Assembly (NCBI GenBank): GCA_036785375.1
Contig: JAWMAR010000006.1
Location: 6,696,001-6,760,000 of the forward strand
DNA length: 64,000 nt
Direction: 5' to 3'
Source: Leucoraja ocellata
Taxonomy: Eukaryota
The notes beneath the pieces are model-generated. The model searched no databases. It saw nothing but the letters and a program-made list of their open reading frames with translations, and was not told where the DNA came from. Shown in pieces: positions 52,230 through 64,000 of this stretch. The first letter of the stretch is position 1. Every line of letters begins with the position of its first letter. A program made the position numbers and the translations under genes.

Positions 52230-55200
52230 TCAGTGTGATAAATCTAATTGAAATAAAATCAGGATATTGAAGTCAACTGTGTTAATTTTAATAGAGAAAT
52301 TGTATTCATTGAGCCACGGCTGCAGAGAGTTAGTACTACACCAATCAGTTTACATTATTTCAGATCAGCTTCAGCACATGGTTTATATTGTGATGAGTGA
52401 GGTCTGTGACTTGATCTAGTGGGAGAGAACTCCATGGGATATTCCGGCATTATTGAGCAGTGTAAATGTGGAAGAAGCATTCTTTTCAATGCTCCAACTT
52501 TTTTAATGAAAATGTGCTTGTCGTTTAAAGAAAGAGGTCTGGTACAGTTGATATCAGCTGCACCCTGGGTGTGAAAATAACAAACATCTGCGGCCCCAGC
52601 AGGAAACGAGCTGCTATTTTAAGGAGCGGGGCTGCCCAGAACTGAGGCAAGATGTTTAGATTGTGCCTTTTTTACCATATTATCCAAATATCATAGTTTC
52701 TCTTCTATCATAGATGTTACTTTGAGTATTAATCAGGCACTTGACTGTTTAAAGGGACATATTCTCTGGCGCTCTCATTGAGTTGTGACAGTTAGAACAA
52801 GAATTGCTTCAGAAATTCTGGCATGTTGTTTTCCTGAATAACTTCACTCCATAGATTTTTCTCTGAATTCTCTGGGATGAAATGTTAATTCATGTTGATG
52901 GTTTACATTACGACAGCGAGTCCACCTCCATTACATTGAAAAAGCTTGGTTTCCTTTCCACTGAAATCAGAGAAATTCATGTAGTTCGATGCAGAATGCA
53001 ACATCAATTCAATGTCACCCACTTTACATCCATCCAACTGATCCTCTGTATATCTGTGTCCTCATGATGTTATTTTATTATTTTTCTTTGATGAATTGAT
53101 CGCTTTGTTTTTGAAATCTGTGAATCAGCCTGGTCTGTGCATCAACAGCGTAGGTCCCACTGCCCCATTGGCCTCTCTTCCATTGAGAAGCCGGACATTG
53201 CGTGTGGAGAGACAAGTTCAAGTGAAACTAATGGCATCGTGCCCCCTCCTCTCACACCCAGCAATCGGGGGCAATGAGGGTGAGCAGGAATTAGGAAATA
53301 CTGGCTGAGTTCTGCTGTGTGTTGCAGGACATCTAGAGAAAGATGACCTTGCATTGCCAAGACCGTTGCCAATAAGCTGGTGCACCTTCCTAGACGGTAC
53401 ACCCTCCCACTACAGTCAAATGTTTATTCAATTTTCACATCCCAAGGGGTTGACCCTCTCCCAGTGCACCGAGGACCTAATTGAGCCTTCAAATAGTCAG
53501 ATCCAGGAAAGGTTGGAAGATTAGAAAGTGAGGATGCTTGGAGGCTACTAGAGTTCTGGCTGATGTGCGGTGTTTGAATGTGAGATTTTGCATGATCAGT
53601 ATCTTCGATCATTCTTTTCTTTTTAAAGCCTGTCCATTCGAAATTCTCTTTTGAAATGTGAATTATTGTGTTTTAGGTTTCCCTGCACGTTTGACCCTTG
53701 AGAATGATGTGTGTGACTGATCTGTGAGATTAGAGCATTGCAGAGTTATGGGATTTTTTGAAATCAGTTTGCTTTGCACAAAGGGAGTAAGAACAAGGGA
53801 TCGAGAGACATAGCAAGTGAGAAACAGTGAAAGAAAGAGGGAGAGAGAGCGAGTGTGATAGAGAGAGAGAGAGAGAGAGAGGAACTTAAAATGCTGTTCT
53901 GTACAAGGAGGAAGTTGAATGTATTGTTTTTATGACTCAAAGAATTGGATGAGACTGAGGGAAAGATTCTGTGTAATTTCATGGGAAAGTAAATTGCAGG
54001 ACCTCTTACATTTTAGGAGGCAATGCCACAATGTGACTGAGCTGCACTAAGGAGAGAACTCTTTAAGCTTCTGCCCACACATTCTCTCTTCCTCCATTTT
54101 GCCATGAGTGATAAAGATTTAACAGATTGTAGCATTTAATTTTTTTAAATGTTTAATGTTTAATGTGGCCTCAGACTGAAGAAGGGACCCAACCTGAAAC
54201 GTCACCCATCTTTTTTCTCCAGAGATGTTGCCTGACCCACTTTGTTACTCCAGCACTTTGTGCCTATCTTCAATTGTTACTTGCATTGGCATACTCAGTG
54301 TGAGTTGGTGACATGATTTTCCTTTCCCTTCCATAGGCTGATTACTCGGGGAAGAGCTGACTTGTAGTTACTGGCATTGAGGCATTCCAGGGATCCTTGT
54401 GAAGGTAGCGTGTTTTATTTTGTTACACAGACAGAATAACCGGCATCAAGTTTGAGTCCACCCTGGCAGAACCAGTCCACCTCCTTTACCCCTTCTACTC
54501 TTGCTACATAAATCAATGATACATCAAAGTGCACCAATTGTTTCATCTTCAGTACCCCAAGATGATCAAATTGTATGGTAGGACACCATCCCTTCTTTAA
54601 TCCCCTTAAATAATATGAAGATCCTTTCAAAGCACATTGTATGGGGAACATTCTTTAATCTTGGCAGCTCAGATGAAGCAGCTTGAGCTATTGAGCTAGA
54701 AAAATGCAAAGCTATGACCAATCCACAAAACTAAGGACAAATTTAATGTGGCTAAGTACCAATCAATCATCTGTAAAGTGATGCAAGCTGTTGTCAACAG
54801 TGGCACTCATTCTAAAGTGACCAACTCACTGATGCTCAGTTTGGATTTCCCCCAGGAACTTGCTATCTTCATAAACTCGGGATTAAAAACACAGTCCAAA
54901 CAATTGAATTCCAGGGAATCTCAAACTGTTTTAACCTGTAACCAAATTAAAACCAACGTATTATTTTCAGAACTCTATTTAGTGATGATGAGTCATTTGT
55001 TGGCAACTGCAGTTTTTAAATCTTTGTAGCTGAAACAGATCCGTGGAATACAAATTCTGAATGCCTTACATGGGCATTGAAGAAAATCACTTTTTTCAAA
55101 GTTGAACGCTGAATATAGACACAAAATGCTGGAGTAACTCAACGGGACAGGCAGCATCTCTGGAGAAAAGCAATGGGTGACATTTCAGGTTGAGACCATT

Positions 55201-58200
55201 CTTCAGCCTATGTTGAATGTTGTGTTTGTTCCAGACATTTATGCTTTTAGTTGAACACACGCACATTTGAAAAACTGAAATATGGTTAGAAATGCAAAAA
55301 GCATAGTAAATATCAAGACTAGACTTTCGAGGATAAAGTATTTGCAATTGGAAATCAATATTTGAGATTTCACCCAACTGTCCCAAGTTATTTCCCAAAG
55401 GAGTAATTCGGATTCAAGGATATTTAGTAATATACTAGACCAAGTGCAGACTGCTCCCCCAACGCAGCCGTTCGCTACATAAACATGACGAAATTTAATG
55501 AGGAGTGGATACTTGGAATGAAAAGTGAAATCTCTACCGAAATGGAAAAAATCTGGGCGCTTGTGGGTCTGGTGTTGGCGTAGCAACGAATCAAAGGCTG
55601 GCACCCACAGGCTGGCAACCACAAGTCAGGCAGATACAGAGCCAGTCAGCAGCCACAGAGTATTAATGTTATATAGAAGATAGATAGATATAAATAAAGA
55701 TAGATACTTTAGATGTTCAGATAATAAATGAAGAAAAAGAAAAGAGAGGGAAGGAAAAAACACCCTTTTAAAATGGGAAATAAAAACAAATCCCTCCTTT
55801 AGTTTTCCTTTATTGGGATTCTTAAGGAATAAATAAAGGATAAAATATTTTAAAGATCTCCAGTAAAATACATCTTTAACACTCATTCCAAAGACTAGAG
55901 GAAGAGGGTATCAGTGGGTGGAAGCTGAGACAGCTCTCTTCCTCACACAATGCATTTTCACGGTGACAGTGCCTCCTAAAATGTAAGAGATCCTGCAACT
56001 TAAATTTATGATTAAATTGCACAAAATCTTTCTCTCAGTCACATCCAACCGCGGACATAACAAATACCGCAACTTCCTCCCAGTGCGGAACAGTTAAAAT
56101 CAACAACCCTTTAGCTTTCCCTCTCTCTCTCTTTCTCTCTCCTACATTTTATTCTCTTTGTGTAAATTAAATTGACTTTAAATATTCCCAAATTTCTGCA
56201 ATACTGAGAAGCCGGACATTGAGTGTGGAGAGACAAGTTCAAGTGAAACTACTGGCATTGTGCTGCCCTCCTCCCACACCCAGCAATCGGGGGCAATGTG
56301 TGTTGCAGGACATCGAGAGAATTAATTCAATTTACTTCAAATATCCCCGAATTTCTGCAATACTTCAAATTCACAGATCATTCATTCACATCATTCTCAA
56401 GTGTAAGGAGTCTTGTAATTCCGTTTCTGATTAAATTGCACAACATTTCTCCATCAATCACATCTAATTCTGTGGGACAAAATAACATTTACCTCATCTT
56501 TCCCTGAGCAGAGAACAGCAAAATTAAACATTGTTATATTTCTCAAGGTCTCAGTCCTTTTTGCACTGGGATAGTATCATTTTGCCTGTGACCCCTTTCC
56601 CTTTGAGAGTTTGTTTGCCTCTTGCTTCATGTGACCCTCTTACCCCAGTTATAACGTTACCCCAGGTTTGTGCTTTGACTCCAACATGACTTTTCCCTTC
56701 CTGCCAGCAGCTCTTCACTTTTACCCTCTCCAGCCCACACACTCACCCCTTGGGATACCACATGGCTTTATGAACCTGCCCCACATTGAACACAAAGTGA
56801 TTTACTTTAATTTCAAACACGTGGTGTGATTGTTAATCTCTGGGTCAAAATCCGGAAAATGTTCTTGTAGTTTTTCCAATTTTGTAATGGTATTTTTTAA
56901 TGCAGGTTGCTGTTGTTGAGCGTGAAGAACCATGAAAAGTGAAGCGATTGCTGAATATGTCATGGATGTCAAATCTGTAGACCTGTGCTTGAGCCATTTC
57001 ACTCTCCAGCAGATAACAAGGCAGAGTGCTCCAATTTTGAGTACATCACTGAATTGTGTTGCCTTTTAGTTTTGGTCATACGTTAGATAACATTGACGTA
57101 AGGTTTAGACTTGACTGTTTTGTGGTCTCGTGGGCACCCTCCTATCCTTCAGCTCCACAGCTCTCAAGTGCCCATTATGCTGCTTATCCTGGCACAGATT
57201 ATACACTGTTCCAATGCTATAATTTAAGGTACGGGATGTGGCCTTTTGTCTTTATTTTAGCTTTTGTCTTTATTCCTAGGGAGACATTTTTCTTGTGTGT
57301 CTTTATAAACATTATATGTAGATACAGACATGAGCAATTGACTATCTCTGCGTGAAATAGCTTTGACTGTGGTGGGAGCGTGTGGTGAATAGGAAGGTGC
57401 ATGGTCTAATGCCATGAGATCTTCCTTGAGATGACCAGGATTACAGATCAGACGCACTTAGGATTTGTCCACCTGCTCACCATCAGTGTTCCTGAGCGGT
57501 GGGTGTGAGAGGACGGCAGAGCACTGTACAGTGACCCAAGGGAGGAGTGGTCACTGGATCAGTGAGACTGATGTTGCTGATGCACAGACCAGGCTGATTC
57601 ACAGATTTTAGACTTGGAGGGTAGATTTGACCAAAAATAATAATAAATGGAAGGTCATGAGAATGGAAGGACACACAAGGGCAGTTTAACTTTGTGTGGA
57701 TTAAATATGTCGATTGAATTCAAGCCCCATTGTGCAACTCACTTCATTTCTCAATTTGAAGGTAGACACAAAATGCTGGAGTAACTCAGTGGGTCAGGCA
57801 GCATCTCTGAAGAGAAAGAATGGGTGACGTTTTGAGTCAAGACCCTTCTCCCATTCTTTCTCTCCAGATTTAAACCAGCATCTGCAGTTCTTTCCTATCA
57901 CTTCTCAATTCCTTTGAATACAGTGGAAAATAAACCAGGCGTTGACTATGTAATGGGGATGAATTAACTTTCAGCCCTCTAAGCCATCAGCAATAATTAC
58001 ATTTTCCTCCCCCCAGAATTCACTGAAAAGTCAGTGGGTTGAAATTAATCAGCCAACCAACATGGCAAAATATCTAAAGCAATTCTTGTGCTGACTGTTA
58101 TAGCTCAAAGAGAGTACCAGAGGTAATGTCCCTTTAAATAGTCAAGTACCTGATAGATGCTCAAAGCAACGTTGCGGGTGGAACAGAGACTGTGATATTT

Positions 58201-58640
58201 GGATAAAGTGGTATAAAAGGCAGATCTAAACGTCTTGTTTCAGTTCTGGACAGCCCCTCTCCTTAAAATAACAGCTCGTTTCCTGCTCAGCCCACAGATG
58301 TTTGTTATTTTCACACTCAGGCGGCAGCTGATTTAAACACTTCTTTCTCTGAACGAAGTAGCATTTATTATTTACAATGATGGAGCATGAGAAATGTTAG
58401 TTTCCCTCGTATTAACACAAGGGAATATTGTCCAATATCCCAAGGAGTTATTTCCCACTGGATTAGATGACAATCCTCCTCCATTCATAACCTACTCAAG
58501 CTTGATGAAGCCAATTTGAAATACTGGAAACTGATTGGTACAGTACCAACTCTCTGCAACCTTGCCTCCTCCAATCTAATTTCTGCATTAAAATTAGTTC
58601 AATTCATTATTAATATCCTGATTTCTAGCAGACCCACATT
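52230..58640. repeat. Old inverted segmental duplication (degenerate palindrome)
   Basis: 52230-53430 is the reverse complement of ~57350-58640, and 53860-54095 of ~55897-56140, with a third partial copy at 56400-56530. Confidence 0.85.
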
Positions 58641-58964
58641 AACTTTGAGTAGCATATATGGTCTTAATATTCTGCTTTTTATTAATAGCAAATTGGAATA
58701 CAATATTCAGATAGCATTAGTCTATCAGCACTGTAGAACATATAACACAGATCATAGAACATTGAACAGTACAGCACAAGAAGAGGCCCTTCAGCCAATA
58801 ATGTCTGTACCCAACATGCTGCAAACACCAACTGTCACCTGCCTGCACATGATCCATATCTCTCCACTTCCAGAAAGTGCCTATCTAAAATTATCTTAAA
58901 TGCCACTATCATATTTGCCTCCACCACCATTCCAGGCAGCATGTTCCGCGCACTTACCACCAAG

Positions 58965-59973
58965 TGGGGGCCGCCATCTTGGGGCACGGCTGCCTAGCTT
59001 GCAGCTGTCCGTTTTTTCCACTCTTTTCTTTAATTTTTAGTGAGTTTTGTATTTTGTCTTAGGAGGTCTAGACTTTTTTATGTGGGGGGAGGGGGAAACT
59101 ACTTTCTAGGTCCCTACCTGGTCGGAGAGGCAGCTTTTCTCCGGGCTGCAGTTTCGACCCGTCCTCGCGGCCTACCAGCGGGCCTGGAGCGGCGTTTCCT
59201 GTCGGGGACCGCCCAGCACCTTCTGCTTTGGTGGCGGCACAGTGCTGGAGCGCTATCGCGGAGCGGAGCGGGCGATGCCTTGCCTGGGTCGCCGCGCTGG
59301 ATCGCCCCGAGGAAAACATCGCGGAGCTGCGGGTCTGCGGAGCGACCAGCTGCGGGCGGCGCCGCTGATTTGAACATCGGGAGCCTGAGATCTCTCGATG
59401 AGATCGCCAGTGGTGGAGCTCCAACCGTCGCGGCTTTGTCGGCTTCGGAAGCTGCGGTCTCTGGTAAGGAAGCGGCCGTTCCAGGTGTCCCAAACCGCTG
59501 TGAGGACTCTCCCGATGCCGGACCAACATCACCCGGTGAGAACGTCCTGGAACATCGGGCCTCCGTAGAGGCAACTGTGGTGGCCTCAATAGGCCCGACT
59601 ATAGGTGAACTGGGGTTGGGGACTGGACATTGTGCCTTCACTCATAATGGTAACCATTGTGGGGGGATGTTTCTATGTTAAATGATTCTTAATTTGTTCC
59701 GTTTCCAAGATGGCTGCCGGAAGGGAGAGTGAACGCTGGCGCAATTAGCTGCCGCTGCTCTCCCTTTGAATCGTGTCTTTGAATCGTGTCTTTGAATCGT
59801 GTCTTTGAATTGTGTATTGTTGATGTCTTTATTATTATTTTTTTTTTTTGTCGTTATTTTTTTATTTTGTTTCATTCTACTTACATGTTTTTTATTCTGT
59901 TACTAACTTTTGTAAGATGTCCTTGAGACTCTTGAAATGCGCCCATAAATAAAATTTAGTATTATTATTATTA
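58965..59973 (+). mobile_element. GC-rich composite repeat ending in an L2-type SINE/LINE tail
   Basis: Ends TGTAAGATGTCCTTGAG...GAAATGCGCCCATAAATAAA...(ATT)n; interrupts a CR1/HER1-like 3' fragment at ~58735-58963 and 59974-60080. Confidence 0.5.
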
Positions 59974-60399
59974 AGTGTATAAAATACATCTCATGCATAT
60001 TGCTGTAAACATTACCCCACTCACCTTAAAGTTATGGCCCCTAGTGTTTGATATTTCCATCCTGGAAAAAAGTTCTGACTGTCCAATGTTGGCGGGAATT
60101 AATATTCCAGATGGTGGATGAGGTACAAATGATTTGAGTGGCTTTGTCCTGGATAATGGTGAGCTTCTGGAATGTTATTGGACCTGTGCTCATCTCAACA
60201 AGTGGAGAGTATTCTGGCCTTGCAAATGGTGAAAGGCGCTGTGCCGTCAGAGGGCGAGTCATTCACCTAGGGCTGATCCAGCCTTTGGTTTGCTCGTTAC
60301 TGTACAATTCATATGTCTGGTCCATATTAAATGATGGTAAATGGTGGCCTCATTGCCACATATCAGCCAATGTCTGGATGTTGTCTTGGTCATGCCGCA

Positions 60400-60553
60400 N
60401 NNNNNNNNNNNNNNNNNNNNNNNNNNNNNNNNNNNNNNNNNNNNNNNNNNNNNNNNNNNNNNNNNNNNNNNNNNNNNNNNNNNNNNNNNNNNNNNNNNNN
60501 NNNNNNNNNNNNNNNNNNNNNNNNNNNNNNNNNNNNNNNNNNNNNNNNNNNNN
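60400..60553. other. Assembly gap (154 N)
   Basis: Run of N. Confidence 1.
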
Positions 60554-62989
60554 TACATGTACAATGAGATTAAAAGCAGCTCGTACTCAGTGCATACATA
60601 TAATTTAGTACAAAAAACAAGAAACAGAAAACAAAACAAAAGGGGGAGGGGGCGGGATAGGTGCACAATTCTGCGGCGCTATATACATATCTATAAAGGC
60701 AAAATGGTGAAGGATGAATAGGTAGTATTCTTAGGCAGATGTTTAAAGATTATATTAAATATATTTTTTTTTTAATTAAAAATATTAAAAATTACAGTTA
60801 CAATACAGTAGTTATGGACTCGTTCATTTGCTGAGGAGCTGCAATCACAAGTGTACAACACCACTTCTGACTTTGTGAAAGAAGGAATGTTATTGATTCC
60901 ATCCTTTGGTGTATTTTCATCTCGATGCACATTGACTTTAATGTAACCAGGACAGCTTGATAGAAGGGTTTCGGCCCGAAACGTTGCCTATTTCCTTTGC
61001 TCCATAGATGCTGCTGCACCCGCTGAGTTTCTCCAGCTTTTCTGTGTAACCTCCAGCTTGATATCACACTTGGTCAAATGTTGCCTTGGTGTCACGGCCA
61101 CCCACTCTCTCCTCACCATTGGAATTCAGCTCTCTGGTCTAGTTACAGAATTATAGAATTGTCCATCATAGAAACAGGCCCTCTTGCACCTAAAATCCTC
61201 ATAAAATCCTTTCAGTTTCTCCATCATCTTTAAAAAAAAGATATGGATGGATACAGGCACTTCAGCCCACCACATCCACGCCGACTATTGGTCACCCGTT
61301 CGCACTAGATCTATGTTGTCATATCCCAGTGATGTTTCAAGGCTCTTCAATGCCCTACAAATATATTTTTTAACCAATATATATGCTCTTCAATGGACTC
61401 TCCCATTTTCAGTCACTTGTATCAGCCATATACTGCTTTCCTTTCTTCAAACTCTCAATATCATTTGATATCTAGGATTCCTTTAACCTTGCCATCCAAA
61501 TGAGAACATGTTTTCCCTGAACACTCACCCTCTCTCTTTTGAAAAAAAATTTGACTGGTTGGATTGTTGTGGTACCCACAAGCCGCTGCTCCCTGCCAAC
61601 TTTCTCCAGCTCCTGGCTTATGCTATGGAAACAGCCTTCCCCTAGTTTTGGATATGAACTTCCAGAGTATTTCTACCATTTTCCACAACTGCCTTGAATC
61701 TTGCAGAATTGCAATCCCTATCCTCAAAATGTTCCTCACTGACGCTTGCACTACTTGCTGAACCTCATTCCCAAAATACGTTCTAGTACAGACAGGCACT
61801 AGTCTATGTATTGGCTAAAAATACTCTGCTGGATGCTTGTCATGAATTCGACCCCATCTAAGCTCTTCATACTTCAGTAATCCCAATCAATATTGGGGGA
61901 ATTACATCCCATTGCAGTAACTGTTCCTCTTACACCAGTCTGTGATTTGTCTGCATTTCTGCTCCTCTACCTCCTGCTATCTGATCTGGAGATCTCAGGC
62001 AAGTGACCAGAGATTCAAAGATTTGCACAGAACAGCAACAGGCCCTTTCACCCATCTCATCCATGCCCACATTCGTGTCCATCTACACAATCCCATGTAC
62101 CCAAGCTAGGTCTGTATTTTATGCCTTGCCGTTTAAGTGCCTGCTTCAACCTTATCTTTAGCACTCACGGAGTAGGTTGCATAATGGTTGAGGACAGGGA
62201 TGTGTTTGGAGCCTCTTTCACCGGTTACCTGTTTAAATTGTCTTCCATCATTTCTGACCCAGCATGGCTGACTTTTGGGCTTTGATCTGGTCCATTAGTT
62301 GTTAGGTTATGCCATTCCACACTGAGTTTATTGCTAAATGTGCCAGCAATCCTCTGCTGCAGCTTCACTAAGCTGACACCACTTGTTCAAGTATGTGTGG
62401 TACTTGTCCCAACATGAGCATCCACGTTCCTCACTGAACGCGTGTTATTCCTCTGGCTTTATAGTAATGGTGAGGTGAGGGATATGCTGGGCAATGAGGT
62501 TATTTTTCTGGCGGACATTTCTGCTGCCGATGGCCCAGCACATCTCAAGTACACCCAGTTTCAAGCTGTCTACTTTGTTCTGAATCTATCCAAGTTAGCA
62601 TGTTTGCCAAAGCCACAGATCACGATGGAAGGTGTCCTTAGTGTGAAGATAACACTTTGCCTTCACAAGGACTGTGCACATGTTCAACCAATGTTGTCAT
62701 GGATGGGTGCATCTGCCACAGGTAGAGTGGTGCAGATGTGGTCACGTACGTTCATCACTACCTGCTGATTACTCAGTTTTGTCGGCTATCTTCTTCAGTA
62801 CAGTGTCACCTTATATTGATTGGGCAGCCAAGCTACTTTCAGTGTTTGGGAGGAAGCCTTTGTTACAAGTCATCCTCACTGTTTATGAAGCAAGTGAACT
62901 GGGAAATGCAAACCAATTAGCCTGACATAAGCAGTTAATGGAATGCATAATCAAGCACGTGTGATGACTGTAAGTTACCAAGAAAATAA

Positions 62990-63920
62990 TTACATTATTG
63001 AACATGGTCAGCATGGATTTGTGAAAAAAGTAATATTTGACTGCTCAATTGGAGGTCATGAGTGTGTATCCAGTGGAGTGGATGAGGGTGATCCCGTGGG
63101 AATGCTGAATCAGTAAATCAGGTGAGTTTTTACCACATTTCATTAGAATTCTGAGTCAACCGATTTGGTTTCTTATTTCGAATTGCAACTTATTAACTGA
63201 ATTTAGATTCCACAGCTGCTGGGTTTCAGGGGTTATGGTTGTGGGTGGGGTGTGCGAATTTGTGGGGAGGATGCAAACAAATTCCAATGTGATTTGGGCA
63301 AGTGGGATAAGTGGGCAAATGTGTGGGAGATGTAGTTCACTGTCGATAAATGTGAGATTATTCACTTTGGTTTCATAAACAGAAAAAGGAATTATTATCT
63401 GAATATAGATAAGGGGAAAAGGGATGGTGCAGCAAGACCTGGATATTATTGTACATCAGTAACGGATAATCTCCTGCAACTAGACAAGGCTTTGGTGAGA
63501 GTCCATTTGGAATTTTGTGCACAGTTTTGGTCTCCTCATCTGAGGAAGGATGTTGGTGCCGTTAAGGGAGTGCGACAATGGTTTATTGAACTGATTCCTG
63601 TGTTGGCAGGACTGATGTATGGGCAGCGAATGAGTCGATTAGGCCTATATTCACCAGAGTAGAAGATAGTAAGAGTGGGTCTCATAGATAATAATAATGT
63701 TCGGAAGGATTGAACAGACCTGTTCCCAGGAAGATATCACAAATTACTGAAGAGTCCAAAACCAGGGCTCATGCCCTCAGGATTCAGAGGATGCCTTTTA
63801 GTACAAGAACAGGAGGAATTTTTCCACTCCGAGTGTGTTGAATCCTTGGGGATTTTCTACACAGAAGGCAGTGGAGGCCAATATATATTAAATACGTTCA
63901 AGAATGAGGTGGATATCTGT
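62990..63920 (+). mobile_element. Degenerate CR1 LINE
   Basis: Similar to 22040-23150 (CAGCATGGATTTGTG; GTGCACAGTTTTGGTCTCC; CACAGAAGGCAGTGGAGGCCAA). Confidence 0.8.
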
Positions 63921-64000
63921 AGAGCAACTGACACATACTCAAAGTGAAGATCCAACAAGTTTATTGGCATATAAGAAAGTTACACAGCATGTTGGCATCA

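Noticed and set aside
53096-53308. ORFs sharing LKSVNQPGLCI in both palindrome arms (also 57483-57674)
   Set aside because: Similarity is limited to one DNA-identical block; starts, frames and lengths are not conserved.
54337-54404. Possible AG...GT-bounded exon on the + strand
   Set aside because: No recognisable coding content or partner exons; unsupported without RNA data.

Overview
Eukaryotic genomic DNA from a cartilaginous fish, most likely a skate or ray (inferred from HE1-type V-SINEs, CR1/HER1-like LINEs and a shark-style single V-J-C immunoglobulin cluster). Three genes are supported. (1) Exon 1 and promoter of cdo1 (- strand; the remaining exons are not found, probably left of the window). 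(2) A complete four-exon rpl37 (+ strand, 97 aa). (3) An intact, unrearranged immunoglobulin light-chain cluster, probably sigma isotype (- strand): octamer/TATA promoter, leader, V with 12-RSS, J with 22/23-RSS, C and poly(A) signal. The rest is largely transposable elements: CR1, RTE, Rex1-type and L1-like LINE fragments, V-SINEs, Helitrons, and nested Tc1/hAT/Tigger-type DNA elements. Most notable beyond the genes: a family of short Penelope-derived insertions carrying a minimal hammerhead ribozyme core with 10-14 bp target-site duplications; a ~6.4 kb degenerate palindrome upstream of the Ig promoter whose best-conserved core is an E-box/FOX/ETS/MEF2 cluster; a candidate C/D snoRNA in rpl37 intron 3; and a perfect 29-bp hairpin. 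There is one assembly gap of 154 N. Coordinates were read by eye, so repeat boundaries are approximate.
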